NCBI GenBank assembly: GCA_964016885.1
Contig: CAXHJY010000523.1
Span: 186,001 to 250,000 of the forward strand
Direction: 5' to 3'
Source: Eledone cirrhosa
Lineage: Eukaryota
Length of the DNA stretch: 64,000 bases
This document shows, piece by piece, positions 43,816 to 55,653 of the stretch (position 1 is its first letter; each line of letters opens with the position of its first letter). The position numbers and the translations under genes were made by a program. The notes under the pieces were generated by a model. That model saw only the letters and a list, made by a program, of their open reading frames with translations. It searched no databases and was not told where the DNA came from.

Positions 43816-44064
43816 ATTTGCTCATAATAGTGAGAGATAGGGAGAGCAGGAGAGACGGAGGCAGTGACAGTGAGAGTTTGGTTCTTTTGTGTTTGGACCT
43901 GGTGTGTATGTATATGTTTCACTGATAGAATTAGCAGCTATATCTCCTTTGGAGCACACCCAATAATCTTCACATTTGTAATTATTTTTTGGTATATTTT
44001 TGTTGTTGTTTAAACAGTAGAATTTGATAAACATAAACTGCAGAAGCATGTTGTATTTATATAT

Positions 44065-44345
44065 ATCATCATCATTTGATGTTTGTTTTCCTTGCTAGCA
44101 AGAGTTGCATGGATACACTTTACTGTGGAACCAGCACAAGGGACGATGTCAGGTCTTTGACACACATGGAGAGTACTCTTGACTATTTGTTAGGCAATTT
44201 TCTATTGATAGATACCTTTTCAATTAACAACCACTTTACAGAGTGTACTAGGTGCATTTTATATCAACACCAACACTATGGAGGTTGTCCTTGACACAAC
44301 TGAAGAGCCCTCTCATACCTGTTTGGCATGATGCCCTTCCTATCA
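44065..44345 (-). mobile_element. Decayed SINE family 2 tail fragments
   Basis: (ATC)n followed by a TTTTCCTTGCTAGCA...AACCACTTTACAGAGTG-like match. Confidence 0.6.
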
Positions 44346-44803
44346 CATATGTGTGTATATGTTTGTGCTTATATTTGTGTTTGTGTCGATGTTTATATTC
44401 CACAACTTAGTAGTTTGTTAAACAAAGATTGATGAAATAAGTATCAGATTTGACTGTGGTCATTGTGATGGATTAAATTTCTTCCAGGCAGTGCCCCAGC
44501 ATGGCTGCAGTAAATAATAAAAGACAACACACACACACACACATACGTCCTGACACCCTGCTGCCTCCTCCACTTTTTTTCTGGTCTCATTTTGTTTACT
44601 CTATCTTGTTTTGACAAGTTGGAGTGAACAAAATAAGACCAGAAAGAAGTGGAGACAGAGAAAAACAAATAGTCATTGAGGAGGTCTTAGAATGTGTGAT
44701 GAAAGAAGTTTGCCAAACTAACTAATAAAGCTGACGTGAAAATCAAATAGTGCATGTGTTTTCATTGGCAATATTTGCAATATGACCGTCACAAAATATA
44801 ACA

Positions 44804-44804
<1 letters not shown>

Positions 44805-44884
<80 letters not shown>

Positions 44885-44895
44885 TGAAAGAGAGA
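44805..44895. repeat. (TG)n(AG)n microsatellite
   Basis: Read directly. Confidence 0.97.
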
Positions 44896-45834
44896 ACAAC
44901 TTTTATTTCAGAGATCTTATATTAAAAACTATGCTTGATCTATTCTATTAAAGATTTTTTTCAGATAACTAATACATTAAAATAAGTACTAGGGTTTATA
45001 TGAGAACCTTTGAAAATAGTCTCATACACAGTCCAGTGATTGGAACCAATAAAGAATATAGTCATATTTTATAGTCATTCATCCTACCAAATATACTTTG
45101 CTAACAGTCACAAAGTGTAAGGGAGAGTTTTGTCAACTGAATTGACCCAGTTAATGACTGGTGCTTATTTTAGTGATCCCTTTCCCAAAAAGGGTGAAAA
45201 GAAAAATCAACCTGTGCAACATTTAAACTTAGAATATATAATAGAATCCTACATAGCATTAAAATAAGTAGATAGGTATACAGATAATATTCAAGTTTGC
45301 TGAACCTTCCTACTCATTTTATCATTGAAAAGTTACATGTAAACCTGTTAAAAGAGATCCTTTGACTAGAGTGTTTAGTTCCAGTTCACTGATACAGTTA
45401 ATATAAATAATAATAACAACAATGATAAAGTACAAGCATAGAAAGGAAAGGAAGAAAATGATAAGAGAATACATGGGTAGTGTGTGAATGTGTATGTATG
45501 TATGTGTGTGTAGGGCAAGAATTTCCATACCAAGCAATCTGACAAATGGAGATAAATTAAGAGGAATTATGATGAAAGTAAAAAGGATTCAGAGTAAAAA
45601 AAGGGAGTTAGAATTACACAAAGATTTGATGGGAATCATGTGGAAAACAGGGAGGGGGGATAGGGGAGGGGATAGAGAGGGGGGGGGGGGGGGGCAATGA
45701 ACAAAAATTAGGAATGAGAAAAAAGGAAGAAACAAGAAGGGTGAAGTAGAGTCAATGTGTTTGTAAGATAAGAGAGAGAAAGAAAGAAAGAAGTTTTCAA
45801 GACAAATGCTTGGAGGAAAGAAAAATGAATACAA

Positions 45835-46095
45835 GCTAAAGAGAAGTAGAGAGTGAGAGAGAATGATCTAGAGAGAGCGGGAGAGAGAGAGAAGGGGGAG
45901 AGAGAGACAGAATGAAAGAGAGAGAGGGGTGAGAGAGACAGAATGAAAGAGAGAGAGAAAGAGATAGATAGACAGACTGAATGAGAGAGAGATAGACAGA
46001 TAATGAATGAGAGAGAGAGACAGACAAACAGAATGAATGAGAGAGAGAAAGATAGACAGAATGAAAGAGAGAGAGAAAGAATGAGCACTAGAGAG
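45835..46095. repeat. GA-rich degenerate tandem repeat (GACAGAATGAAAGAGAGAG)
   Basis: Read directly. Confidence 0.85.
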
Positions 46096-46358
46096 GGAGT
46101 GGGGGTTCAAATAACAAAGTGTGATGAGAGAAGAGCTTTCAAGAGAAAGATCTGATTAAGAATAGTCTTTGATGAAAACGCCAAAAGTGCAGAAAGTTAA
46201 GAGTCTGCCAAATGTCTAGAAGATTCCATTATCTGTAAGGAATTGGCTGTTGGTCTGATTGTTATCTTTTACAGAACCAGTTGTAGCATTTGAAGCCAGA
46301 ATGACATGCAAATGTCATACACACACATACACATAGACTGTAAATAATGATATCTATC

Positions 46359-46390
<32 letters not shown>

Positions 46391-46906
46391 CATATACACA
46401 CACACACACACATATGTATATATAGGCCTTATAAAACCTAGTAAATATATTTATTCTGTCTGTTCTTTTAGCCAAATTATATTGTTCTCTACAAAATATT
46501 AGATATGTGGTTTCCTATATTATCGGCTGTGTGCAAGCGCTCTGAGGTCATGGATTTTTAGCTTCAATTCTCTCATTGAGTGATCTAGAGCCTTATGATC
46601 CTTACATATCGATGATGTGCTCCATCATCAGCTTTTAAAAAAAATAATATATCATACACAAAACGCCAGCATCAACAGTTTTCCAAGAGATGGTAACATG
46701 AATCGACCTGTTATTTTTCTCTAAAAAATGTTTTCTGTTTCCACCATCTTTTTATTTCTTCTTTAATTTCTCATTCTTTCTTCTGATGAAAGACTACTTT
46801 CTACTATATCAAGCATAAAGCTAATAATATATTTTTTTTATTGTACTGTGTTATTTGCTTTGTTATACTTATATATATATGTGAGTGTGTGTGTGTATAT
46901 ATATAT

Positions 46907-47214
46907 ATATAGAATGGAAAACGAAAAATCAGTGATGCATCGGAACTCAATTTATTGTGGGTTACAATTGTTTCCCCGGCGAACAGCTTGAGGTGCGATC
47001 TGTGTGTGGATCAACCTGACTCTAGACGCGCAGGTTCCTCGGACACATCTATTGATTTCGGAGCATATCCTCTTCCATGGAAGAGGATATGCATGTCTAG
47101 AGTCAGATCGATCCACACACAGATCGCACCTCAAGCTGTTCGCCGGAGAAACAATTGTAACACACAATAAATTGAGTTCTGATGCATCATTGATTTTTCG
47201 TTTTCCCTTCTATA
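46907..47214. repeat. Long hairpin (~120-bp arms) with an internal perfect 30-bp palindrome, next to (TA)n
   Basis: Arms ~46907-47030 and 47091-47214; GCATATCCTCTTCCATGGAAGAGGATATGC at 47063-47092. Confidence 0.92.
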
Positions 47215-47525
47215 ATACTCTGCTCCGTAGGAGTATGGAGTGCTCAACCGGCATGTTGCCTATGGAAGCATCTTAGCTACCATTAGACATATATATATAT
47301 ATGTATATATATATATGTATAATATATAGTTATATAGTTGTGGATACAAACAAAAGAAAAGAGCAATCAACATATCATGTAGAATTTGAGTAATTATGTT
47401 AACAATTTTACTTATCTCTGCTTAACCATAAGTTTCCATAGGTTTCAGGATGCAAGCATGTTTTAATCTTGAAACCACTGTTAGTATGGAGTTGTTAAAC
47501 TATATATATATATATATAGTATAAT

Positions 47526-47730
47526 CAAAGTTTCATACACTTAATATGTATGTGCTACCAATGGTTTTGGGGTCCAGTCATGGCTAGCACTGTATAATGG
47601 GGGAGGCACTTTTAAACTGACCCTTTATTCAGGCACATGGAAAGAAATATTTCTCCATTATACAGTGGTGGCCATGACTGGATCCCAAAAACCATACATA
47701 GCACATGCATGTTAAGTGTATGAAACTTTG
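47526..47730. repeat. Imperfect hairpin (~75-bp arms) next to (TA)n
   Basis: CAAAGTTTCATACACTTAA...CACTGTATAATGG / CCATTATACAGTG...TTAAGTGTATGAAACTTTG. Confidence 0.88.
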
Positions 47731-47837
47731 TTTACATTAAAATAAGCTCTCTTCCAACAGATCGGGCACTGTTTTCATTGATCTTTCATCTATGAATTTC
47801 TACCAATGTATATATATAAAATATATATATATATATA

Positions 47838-47947
47838 TAATTGTCTCTACTTTAGGCACAAGGCCAGCAATTACCAGTGCATTACTGGTACTTTATTTTA
47901 TCGACCCCGTAAGGATGAAAGGCAAAGTCAACCTCGGCGGGATTTGA
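47838..47947 (-). mobile_element. 5'-truncated SINE family 1
   Basis: Consensus match from the B-box to the tail. Confidence 0.9.
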
Positions 47948-48190
47948 TATATAATTTGATATATAATATACATACACCATTAATCTGTTTCTTTCATATC
48001 TGGTGAAACTCGCTATTACCAGCTAAACATGCATATATGTAGGAGAAAGTCATGTAGATATGTACATATAATCATATAAACACACACTCATACATATTTA
48101 TACTTTCATATAAATATAGATACAAATATCATGTGTGAAGCTCAAATTTTCGAACTTAAGAAAGCACAGAGAAAATAAATTTATAAGATG

Positions 48191-48420
48191 CAGAAAATAG
48201 TTGCAATTACAGTCAGTTGCTATATAATAGCTAATAAAAGAGCAAAGACCCTTAGATGGAAAAAATGTCAGCAGCCTCTACAAAGAATTGAACTCAATAT
48301 CTGGGAGACACAGACTTTGATTCTTCATAGCAGCCACTAGCAATATTTTTTCCATCCAAAAAGGGTCTTTACCTTATTTTTGTAACCTATTTTACTGACT
48401 GTAATTGCTGTTATTTTCTG
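48191..48420. repeat. Old imperfect hairpin
   Basis: CAGAAAATAGTTGCAATTACAGTCAGT...AAAGACCCTT.GATGGAAAAAAT / ATTTTTTCCATC..AAGGGTCTTT...ACTGACTGTAATTGCTGTTATTTTCTG. Confidence 0.8.
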
Positions 48421-49627
48421 TGATTGAGCTTCCAACAACTTATATACTTCGCCCTTTCTCTGGAAATCTTTTACATGTAAGGTATATATTATTTGTATTT
48501 AATCGATTCTGAGGAAATTATTCTAAGATGGGATATTCTTGTTAGTCTAATGAAATGGTTGTAAATAAATTAAATGCTTTAATTAAAATCCTTGTTAATA
48601 TTTATTCTTTATATATAAATATATGTGTGTGTGTGTATATATATATATATGGTGGCTGCCAACTCATTTTCGAGTACGGCTACTACTTTATATCCATGTA
48701 GGAGAACCCCTACTGATGCGCTGAACGAGTGTGACTTTTTAGTTCAGCCAGCGACTAGAAAACTCTGGTACAAACACTACACTTGTGACAATTACTGACA
48801 CATAGTGCTGGGCCCATGGTACCATGTGATGACAAGTGCAGAGAGATCTCCAGATATAAAGCAATACCTGTGCCGTGAAGCTTTTATAGTGAGCAAAGGC
48901 ACTGCACAAAGCCAGTCCCACTCTCTTAACCAAGATGATATTTACCAAAAAGAAGAACAAGTCAACATCATTGGATACTATCAGGGTTGCAGGTGTTATA
49001 TCAGAGTTTTCCTTCTATAATTCTGCCTTGACAAAGGCTAAGGGGTCATCTCTCCCGGTGATTTTGGATGGCCATTGACTCTTAAGAGCTCCTTTGTCTT
49101 TGACAGGTTTTGTTTTTAGTCCTGCAGGATGTCCAAAGTCACCCTCCTCACCAAGAAACCTTGGTGGGATTGCCAGTTTAGTCGCCAATGACCCGACTAT
49201 GAGACAGGTTGTACTGGGATACATGTTACCAGTAGCACCAACTGGTGACCTGACATACTATATATATATATTTACATGCATACATACATATATATATATG
49301 TGTGTGCATACAATCACTTGTATGTTCATTTTTGAACCTAAACAAAATGGCGGTTCTAACGGTTTATAACTTGAACCTTTTTAATATCAAGATTCCACCT
49401 TAACTGTAGGTCTATTACTTTGGTGATGTGTTTTGATTTTTGAGTTAATATGTTATAAATCTTTCTTTCGGCTCTGTTGAGAATACTAAATCACACATTT
49501 TTTTCTCCTGTACTGATATCGATTTTTAATCAGTATTCATATCATCTATGTGCATATCAAGGATTTAGTGTTTGAAACAAATTGAATTAAAAATATATGT
49601 ATTCATAAATCACTGTTATTCTCTCCA

Positions 49628-49807
49628 GCATTCAGTATCAGTAGAGGGTCGGACGCCATGCTTTGACGCATAGAGTTACGGCCCTTGCCATTCTGAGTTC
49701 AAATCCCGCCGAGGTTAACTTTGCCTTTCATCCTTACGGGGTCGATAAAATAAAGTACCAGTAATGCACTGGGTAATTGCTGGCCTTGTGCCAAAAGTAG
49801 AAAAAAT

Positions 49808-49810
<3 letters not shown>
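49628..49810 (+). mobile_element. SINE family 1
   Basis: Consensus match. Confidence 0.92.
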
Positions 49811-49838
<28 letters not shown>

Positions 49839-49920
49839 TATGTATTTCTGTAGAAAAGGTAAAGGAAAGAAGAATGCTCTATGTATAGTACAGAGCTATT
49901 CAATTGTTTATTATGTAATT

Positions 49921-49956
<36 letters not shown>

Positions 49957-50502
49957 CATATCGTAGGTCCTCAACACTTGATATAATTATAAGTGCGCTA
50001 TTGTGACGAACTGTGCACCTGTTTTTTCTATGTCACGGTTGCATGCCAGATCTTGTGTCACTACTTATAATTTGCCTGTCTATCTTTTACTTTGACTGCC
50101 TCTCTTTCTCTCCCCCTTCCCAATTCCCTGTCAAATAGTCTTTGCAAGGTGACTGCATTGCTTAATCTGACTATACTATATCACGTTTCTTTTCGTAACT
50201 ATAATGAGGTCTTGAAGAAGGTCAGTGTGGTGTTGAATTTTTTTGAAGACCTGTTTGTTTGTGAATATATGAGATACATAAGATATGGTAGCATCACATT
50301 CTTAGTGCCTTATCTTTCTCTGTAGTGAGGTTCCATTTTCTCTCAATTTTCAATTAATTTTGAGAATCATAAAAAAATTGTAAAAATTTAATAAAATAAT
50401 TAGCCTTTTCTCTGTTAAGATGACGTTTGGAACATTACTTAACAGCAATTTCTTTTTTTTTTTAAATGTTGATGGAAGATTTTAATATCAATTTGAATAT
50501 GT

Positions 50503-50728
50503 TTAACCCTTTAGCATTTACATTACTCTATATTTACTATTGTATTTTCATGATAAACACTTTATCTCACATAATTATCTCACATAATATCGAATCTACA
50601 GGATTTTGATATCTATTTTTAGATGAATACCTTAAAATAAGTATGAGCAGTCAGTTATGGCCAGTTTGAACAGAAAGAGGTGAGAGAATTCTGGCCAGAT
50701 ATGGCCAGTTTAAATGCTAAAGAGTTAA
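50503..50728. mobile_element. TTAA MITE family A nested in a family B MITE
   Basis: TTAACCCTTTAGCATTTA ... TAAATGCTAAAGAGTTAA; the outer element ends GTATCAAAAGGGTTAA at 50790. Confidence 0.8.
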
Positions 50729-51336
50729 ATGGAGAGTTTTGTACCATAAAAGCAGGATGGTTTTAGGGAGTTTTGTATCAAAAGGGTTAACCATTTTAAT
50801 TATCATAATTTGAATGAAATGCACTTCCTATGTGTTTTAAATAATTTTGAAATAATCAAGAATTTGGAGGGAAATATCTAACTTTGAGATTTGGAACATA
50901 ACAAAAGTTCTTACATAGAAATTATGATGAAACGTTTTTTGCTAAATATAAACAATTTGAAATAAAAAATGTTGTATTATAGAATCATGAACGACCTCAG
51001 GCAGGTTAATAAACATCAACTGCTACATACACTATGACAGAATAAAAATAGAAAGGAAACAAAAAACAGTAAATTTTATCTGAAAAACTGATAAGCTGGC
51101 AGAAGTGTATTAACTGAAATATTTACATTACAGCGTTACCTGGTTTTGAAATAATCTTTTAACCAGTTATATTATGTGTAAGATAGACAAATGTTTAGTA
51201 GGCCACAATTTCTGCACATATAATATATATATCATGGTGATATACACAGACACACCCATATACATATACATATACATATATATATATATAAACAAGCAGT
51301 CAACAGTTTAAAATTAACTTTGTTTATTCATATTTG

Positions 51337-51393
51337 CTGTTATATATATTTCGGTGAAAGCCATTATACAACAGCTATGCCCTCATCAGACAG
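51337..51393 (-). ncRNA. Candidate type I hammerhead ribozyme (Penelope/retrozyme type)
   Basis: Minus strand reads CTGT-CTGATGA-GGGCATAGCTGTTGTATAATGGCTTTCACC-GAAA-TATATA-TA-ACAG. Core intact, helix I CTGT/ACAG, palindromic helix III, UA cleavage site. Confidence 0.65.
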
Positions 51394-52299
51394 GTAGAAT
51401 CTGAACAGAAAAGACAGAAAAAAATTAACGATGGCATACAGCTTACTTCTGTTATTTCGATTTTTTTATATGCTCCGTGCTGAATTTTGGTGTTGTTTTC
51501 TCAAGGTACCGGTATATACATATATATATATTATGAGATACAAATACATCTAGAAAATAAGTTTGGTTATTTGGAAGCCGGACAATGCATGTGAGATATA
51601 AGTGCCAAGGTAATAAGAATTTGAGAAAATAGATAAAGAAAAGAAAAAACAAAAGAACTGAGATAAAACAGTGAGAACGATAGAAAGATACCATAGCAAT
51701 TTTAATGATCCCAAATATTTTTGGATTTACCATCCATTATCAAGGGAAGTGCGTGGGGTCAGGGGAGGCTCAGAGAGAAACCTGAGAAATGTCGCGGGTG
51801 GCTGTTCAATTTAATTTTTTAAAAATATATATATATATATATCCATATGTGGTTCTTGTCTGATGACCCTGAGATAAGCAGGAGGAATATGTTCTAAATA
51901 CAAAATAATACTGGTGTTAAAGAGAGAAACACTTTTTATGAATGAAATTTATAACCGGAAACAAATTTTCTAGATCTCTCAACTGGAAACGAATTTTCTA
52001 GATCTCTCAGTTCTCATAGTGTAAGCTTAAGTTGTTCTTTGAACAAAACTATCTCGGTCACATACATGTCCTTAGCCATCCAACAAGCTTGGTGGGGAGG
52101 TAAGCTCCTGAAACTGAGAAGGAGAATTTGGGGAAATGGCTAACCACTAAGATATTGAAACAATTGTAATATGCAAATTAAGTTTGTATATATGTTGCAA
52201 CACTGACTTTGACTCTTTTAAAACTCTGTCTATATATATATATATAAAGGAAATGAATACAAAGAGTTTAAAACCGTTAAAACATGTTTATATAATTGT

Positions 52300-52340
52300 G
52301 CACCTACGTACGTTTCGCCCTGAGCAGACTTATCAAGGGC
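52300..52340 (-). ncRNA. Degenerate type I hammerhead
   Basis: Minus strand reads GCCC-TTGATAA-GTCTGCTCAGGGC-GAAACGTACGTA-GGTGC; two core substitutions relative to CTGATGA. Confidence 0.5.
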
Positions 52341-52381
52341 ATGGAAAGCAAAATAATGTTCAATATAGGACATTATTTTGC

Positions 52382-52422
<41 letters not shown>

Positions 52423-52659
52423 ATTAGGTATCAAGAGAGAGAAGAGAATGGAAAGATGGTCGATACATTTATTTAGTTGCCAATAGTTTATGCATGTGTG
52501 CTCAATACTCGTGCCTACAGGGTTAAATATTAGAGGCGTCAATATTTAGTGGGCGAGAAAAAATAAGCAGAGCGATTATAAAGGAAATGAATACAAAGAG
52601 TTTAAAACTGTTAAAACATGTATTTATAATCATATATGTGTGTGTGCATGTGTGTATAT

Positions 52660-53090
52660 CATTATCATTTAACATTCATTCTCCCTTCTAGCAAGAGTTG
52701 GATGGGTCTTCACAGACTGAGTAAGTACTCAAGCAGGGCTACTGACCTCTCAGATAGGTCAGGGTGCTGCATCGCCCATACATATGATCCTGCACTCAAC
52801 AAAGTGCATTTTATCCTGATACCAACACTAAAGAAGCTATCATGTTTCTGACACAACTGAAGGGTCCTCCTGGCCATTTGTTTGGCAAGCTTTCTATGGC
52901 TGGATGCCCTTCCTATCACCAACCATTTTACAGTGTGGACTGAGTGCATTTATTGTGTAGATGACCAATATATAAGATGATGTTCTGCAGCTGACACAAT
53001 TAAAGGTCTTCTTGACCTTTTTTGGCATAGTTTCTAGAGTTGTATGCCCTTCCTATCACTAACCATTTTACAGGGTGTAATGGGTGCACC
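52660..53090 (-). mobile_element. Decayed SINE family 2 tail fragments
   Basis: TTTCTATGGCTGGATGCCCTTCCTATCACCAACCATTTTACAG-like motif twice. Confidence 0.7.
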
Positions 53091-55288
53091 AGAGAGGCTG
53101 TTAGTCATTGTTTCAACTGACGAGCCCTCTCTGCCCTACTGGAGATGGGACGAAAGAAAGGTAGATAAGTGTGATCTTATGAGTGTATGACAAATATGGT
53201 TGTATTTGACAGGGTAGGAAGAAGGAGCAACCTCAGATAGCGTAGGTGTATCAGGACTGTAAGGGTGGGGAAATGTAGTAATGGCAAGAATAGCTAAGGA
53301 GGGATATTGAAAGGAGCATGGATGGGGTGGGGAGAGATTTTGGTTGCTTCTATCTCTAAAAATAAAAATAAAAAATTATTGAGTGATTTCTAATAAAAAC
53401 AAAACACACTATTACAGGGAACAAAGGAGGAGATGAAAATAAGAAAAAGAAAACAAAAGGATAAAACAATGAAAGAAAGAGAGGGGGAGGAGCAGACACT
53501 ACACCCCAGTCTAAGCAGTGCCATAGCCACACCCTGCAGAGAAAATGGCAAATGCGTTATGTCAGAGAATGGCCAGAGACACCTGCTGCAACAGTCACCC
53601 CACTTCACAGGGCTCCCTTTTCAAGTGAGCTGCTATCTTTCCAACTTTACGGAAGAAATCATCAGTGCGGGGGACCAAGGATGCCAAAGATCTTGACAGC
53701 AGACAAATTATTTTTGGTTTTATAGTTCTGAGATTAAATTCTGCTGAGGTTAGCTTTGTCTTTTATCCTCCTAAGACTGATAAATAAAGTACCAATGTAG
53801 GGAGGTGCAGTGATGGAATCGGTTTTTGTTCATTAGCTATCGTCTGCTTTCAAAATATCACAGCTTGTCTAACTAGTATTCCTATGATCAAAGGCATTCA
53901 AGCTGGTACCATCTTACATATTTTCATTCATATGGTTGTGTATGTAAATATACTTTAGTTGTAGAAGTGACATCCTCCACTACCAACTAATTTGCCATCC
54001 GCCTCTGGGTCTCAGCCGACAGAATGGAGAATGAATTGCCCTAGAGGACAGTGAGGGAGACACACTGAAACAGCCACTCCACGAGTTCCAATAACACCCT
54101 TGTCCATTTTGGGTGATGGATTTAATCTATTACCCAGTTTTACCACCTGGCCCTTGGATGTATTTAGCAGACTTTCAACAACATGGATTCTAATCAAGTA
54201 AATTTACAAGCCAACATAAATCAATCATATTTTCTTCATTTTGCAACTTTTTTTCCTGGATTTGCCAATACCAATAAGTGGTTGCATGGCCTACTAAAAA
54301 TAGCAGCCACATTTCCTTCCAATTGCATCATACTATCTTGAAAAATGAAGGGCACACTGGACAGTGTAATACTTGAATGTATTCCATTTAATTGGTTATA
54401 AATCTGCTTGAAGAAAACTGTAAGGAACTAAAAACAATAGCAACACCTACCACAACTTTCACCGTACCACTAGTAGAACAACTATCACTACTACTACCTC
54501 TCCACCACCAGCGTCACCATCACCACCAACACTGCTACCACCACCAGCTTTACTGCCCTCATCACCACTACCAACATTACCAACCACAGCATCACTACCA
54601 CCATTACCAACACCAACATCACACTACCACCACCACCATCACCAGCATTATTAGTATTTTCAAGAGCAACTGTTAAAGCCATCACTTGTTGTACCCACCT
54701 GACAGGAAACTTACCATTGAATCTGCTGTCCATCAAACTACCACCCTACCATGTATTTCCCTCTCTTACTTCTTCCTCCAACTCCACTTGAAATCTTCAG
54801 AAGAAAACCAAAGAGGGAGTGAAGGAAGGAAGCTGTAGTGAAATACTTACTTACACTCTGCTGACAAGAGGAGTGTCACTCTAGAAAGTGAGCAAGTTGC
54901 TTATTTCCCCTCTCTACTATATATTTTAAGGACCTGCTGTTTGTCTTCTCAGGTTTCAATTCATTCAAGGTGTCTAGTTTAAACACTCCCTCACCACCAC
55001 CATCATTCCTACCATCCAACCAGGTCTTCCTGACTCTTTCTCTCCCTGCTCACTCTCATCTAAATTGACCTACCACCCATCTCCCTTTAAACACTCACAG
55101 CAAAGCCCTTCACAGAGCCAGCTCCCTTCAAGATAACTGGTGTCAATGACCCCACTAATTACTTTATGACAGAACAAGCATTCCTGTCAAGCTCCACATT
55201 CCCAAGATGCAGATACCAAGAAAATGGAGGAATTATTTTAGGCCATGGCTATAGCCAAATAATATTATGTGTCTGTCTGTATATTATA

Positions 55289-55347
55289 CTAGCAGTGGTA
55301 CCCGGCGTTGCATGGAATAAGGTATTTTGGAACGTGGGCCGCCAACT
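55289..55347 (-). mobile_element. Isolated Helitron 3' terminus
   Basis: Same CTAGCAGTGGTACCCGGCGTTGCA...GGGCCGCCAAC as the 55654 and 59972 copies. Confidence 0.7.
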
Positions 55348-55653
55348 CTCTCTCTCTATCTATATATAGATAGAGAGACGGTGAATTGGCAGAGTCGTTA
55401 AGACATTGGATAGAATACTTTATGGTATTCATCCCACCTCATTGCACGCTGAGAGTTCTTTGCCTTTCATCCTTTCGAGGTCGATAAAAAAATACTAATC
55501 CAGTACTGGAGTTGATTCTTCCTCTATAGAAAAAATCAGCTGTGTTCAGATCTGGAGAAAGAGTCGGATTCCTCCAGGTTCAAAAGGGCCCTAGACATGC
55601 CATATGATGGGGTCCTACGATTCCACAAGGAGTTATGGGATCTTTATTATATA

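Noticed and set aside
46600-46640. Minus-strand CTGATGA..CATCGATA motif
   Set aside because: GAAA is absent and there is no helix I.
48650-49255. GC-richer block resembling a LINE 5' region on the minus strand
   Set aside because: Probably transposon-derived, but I could not find a convincing protein motif to support a call.
53113-53170. CTGACGA-stem-GAAA hammerhead-like motif
   Set aside because: Helices I and III do not pair, and the CAACTGA.GAGCCCTCTC segment belongs to a repeat also seen at ~44298.
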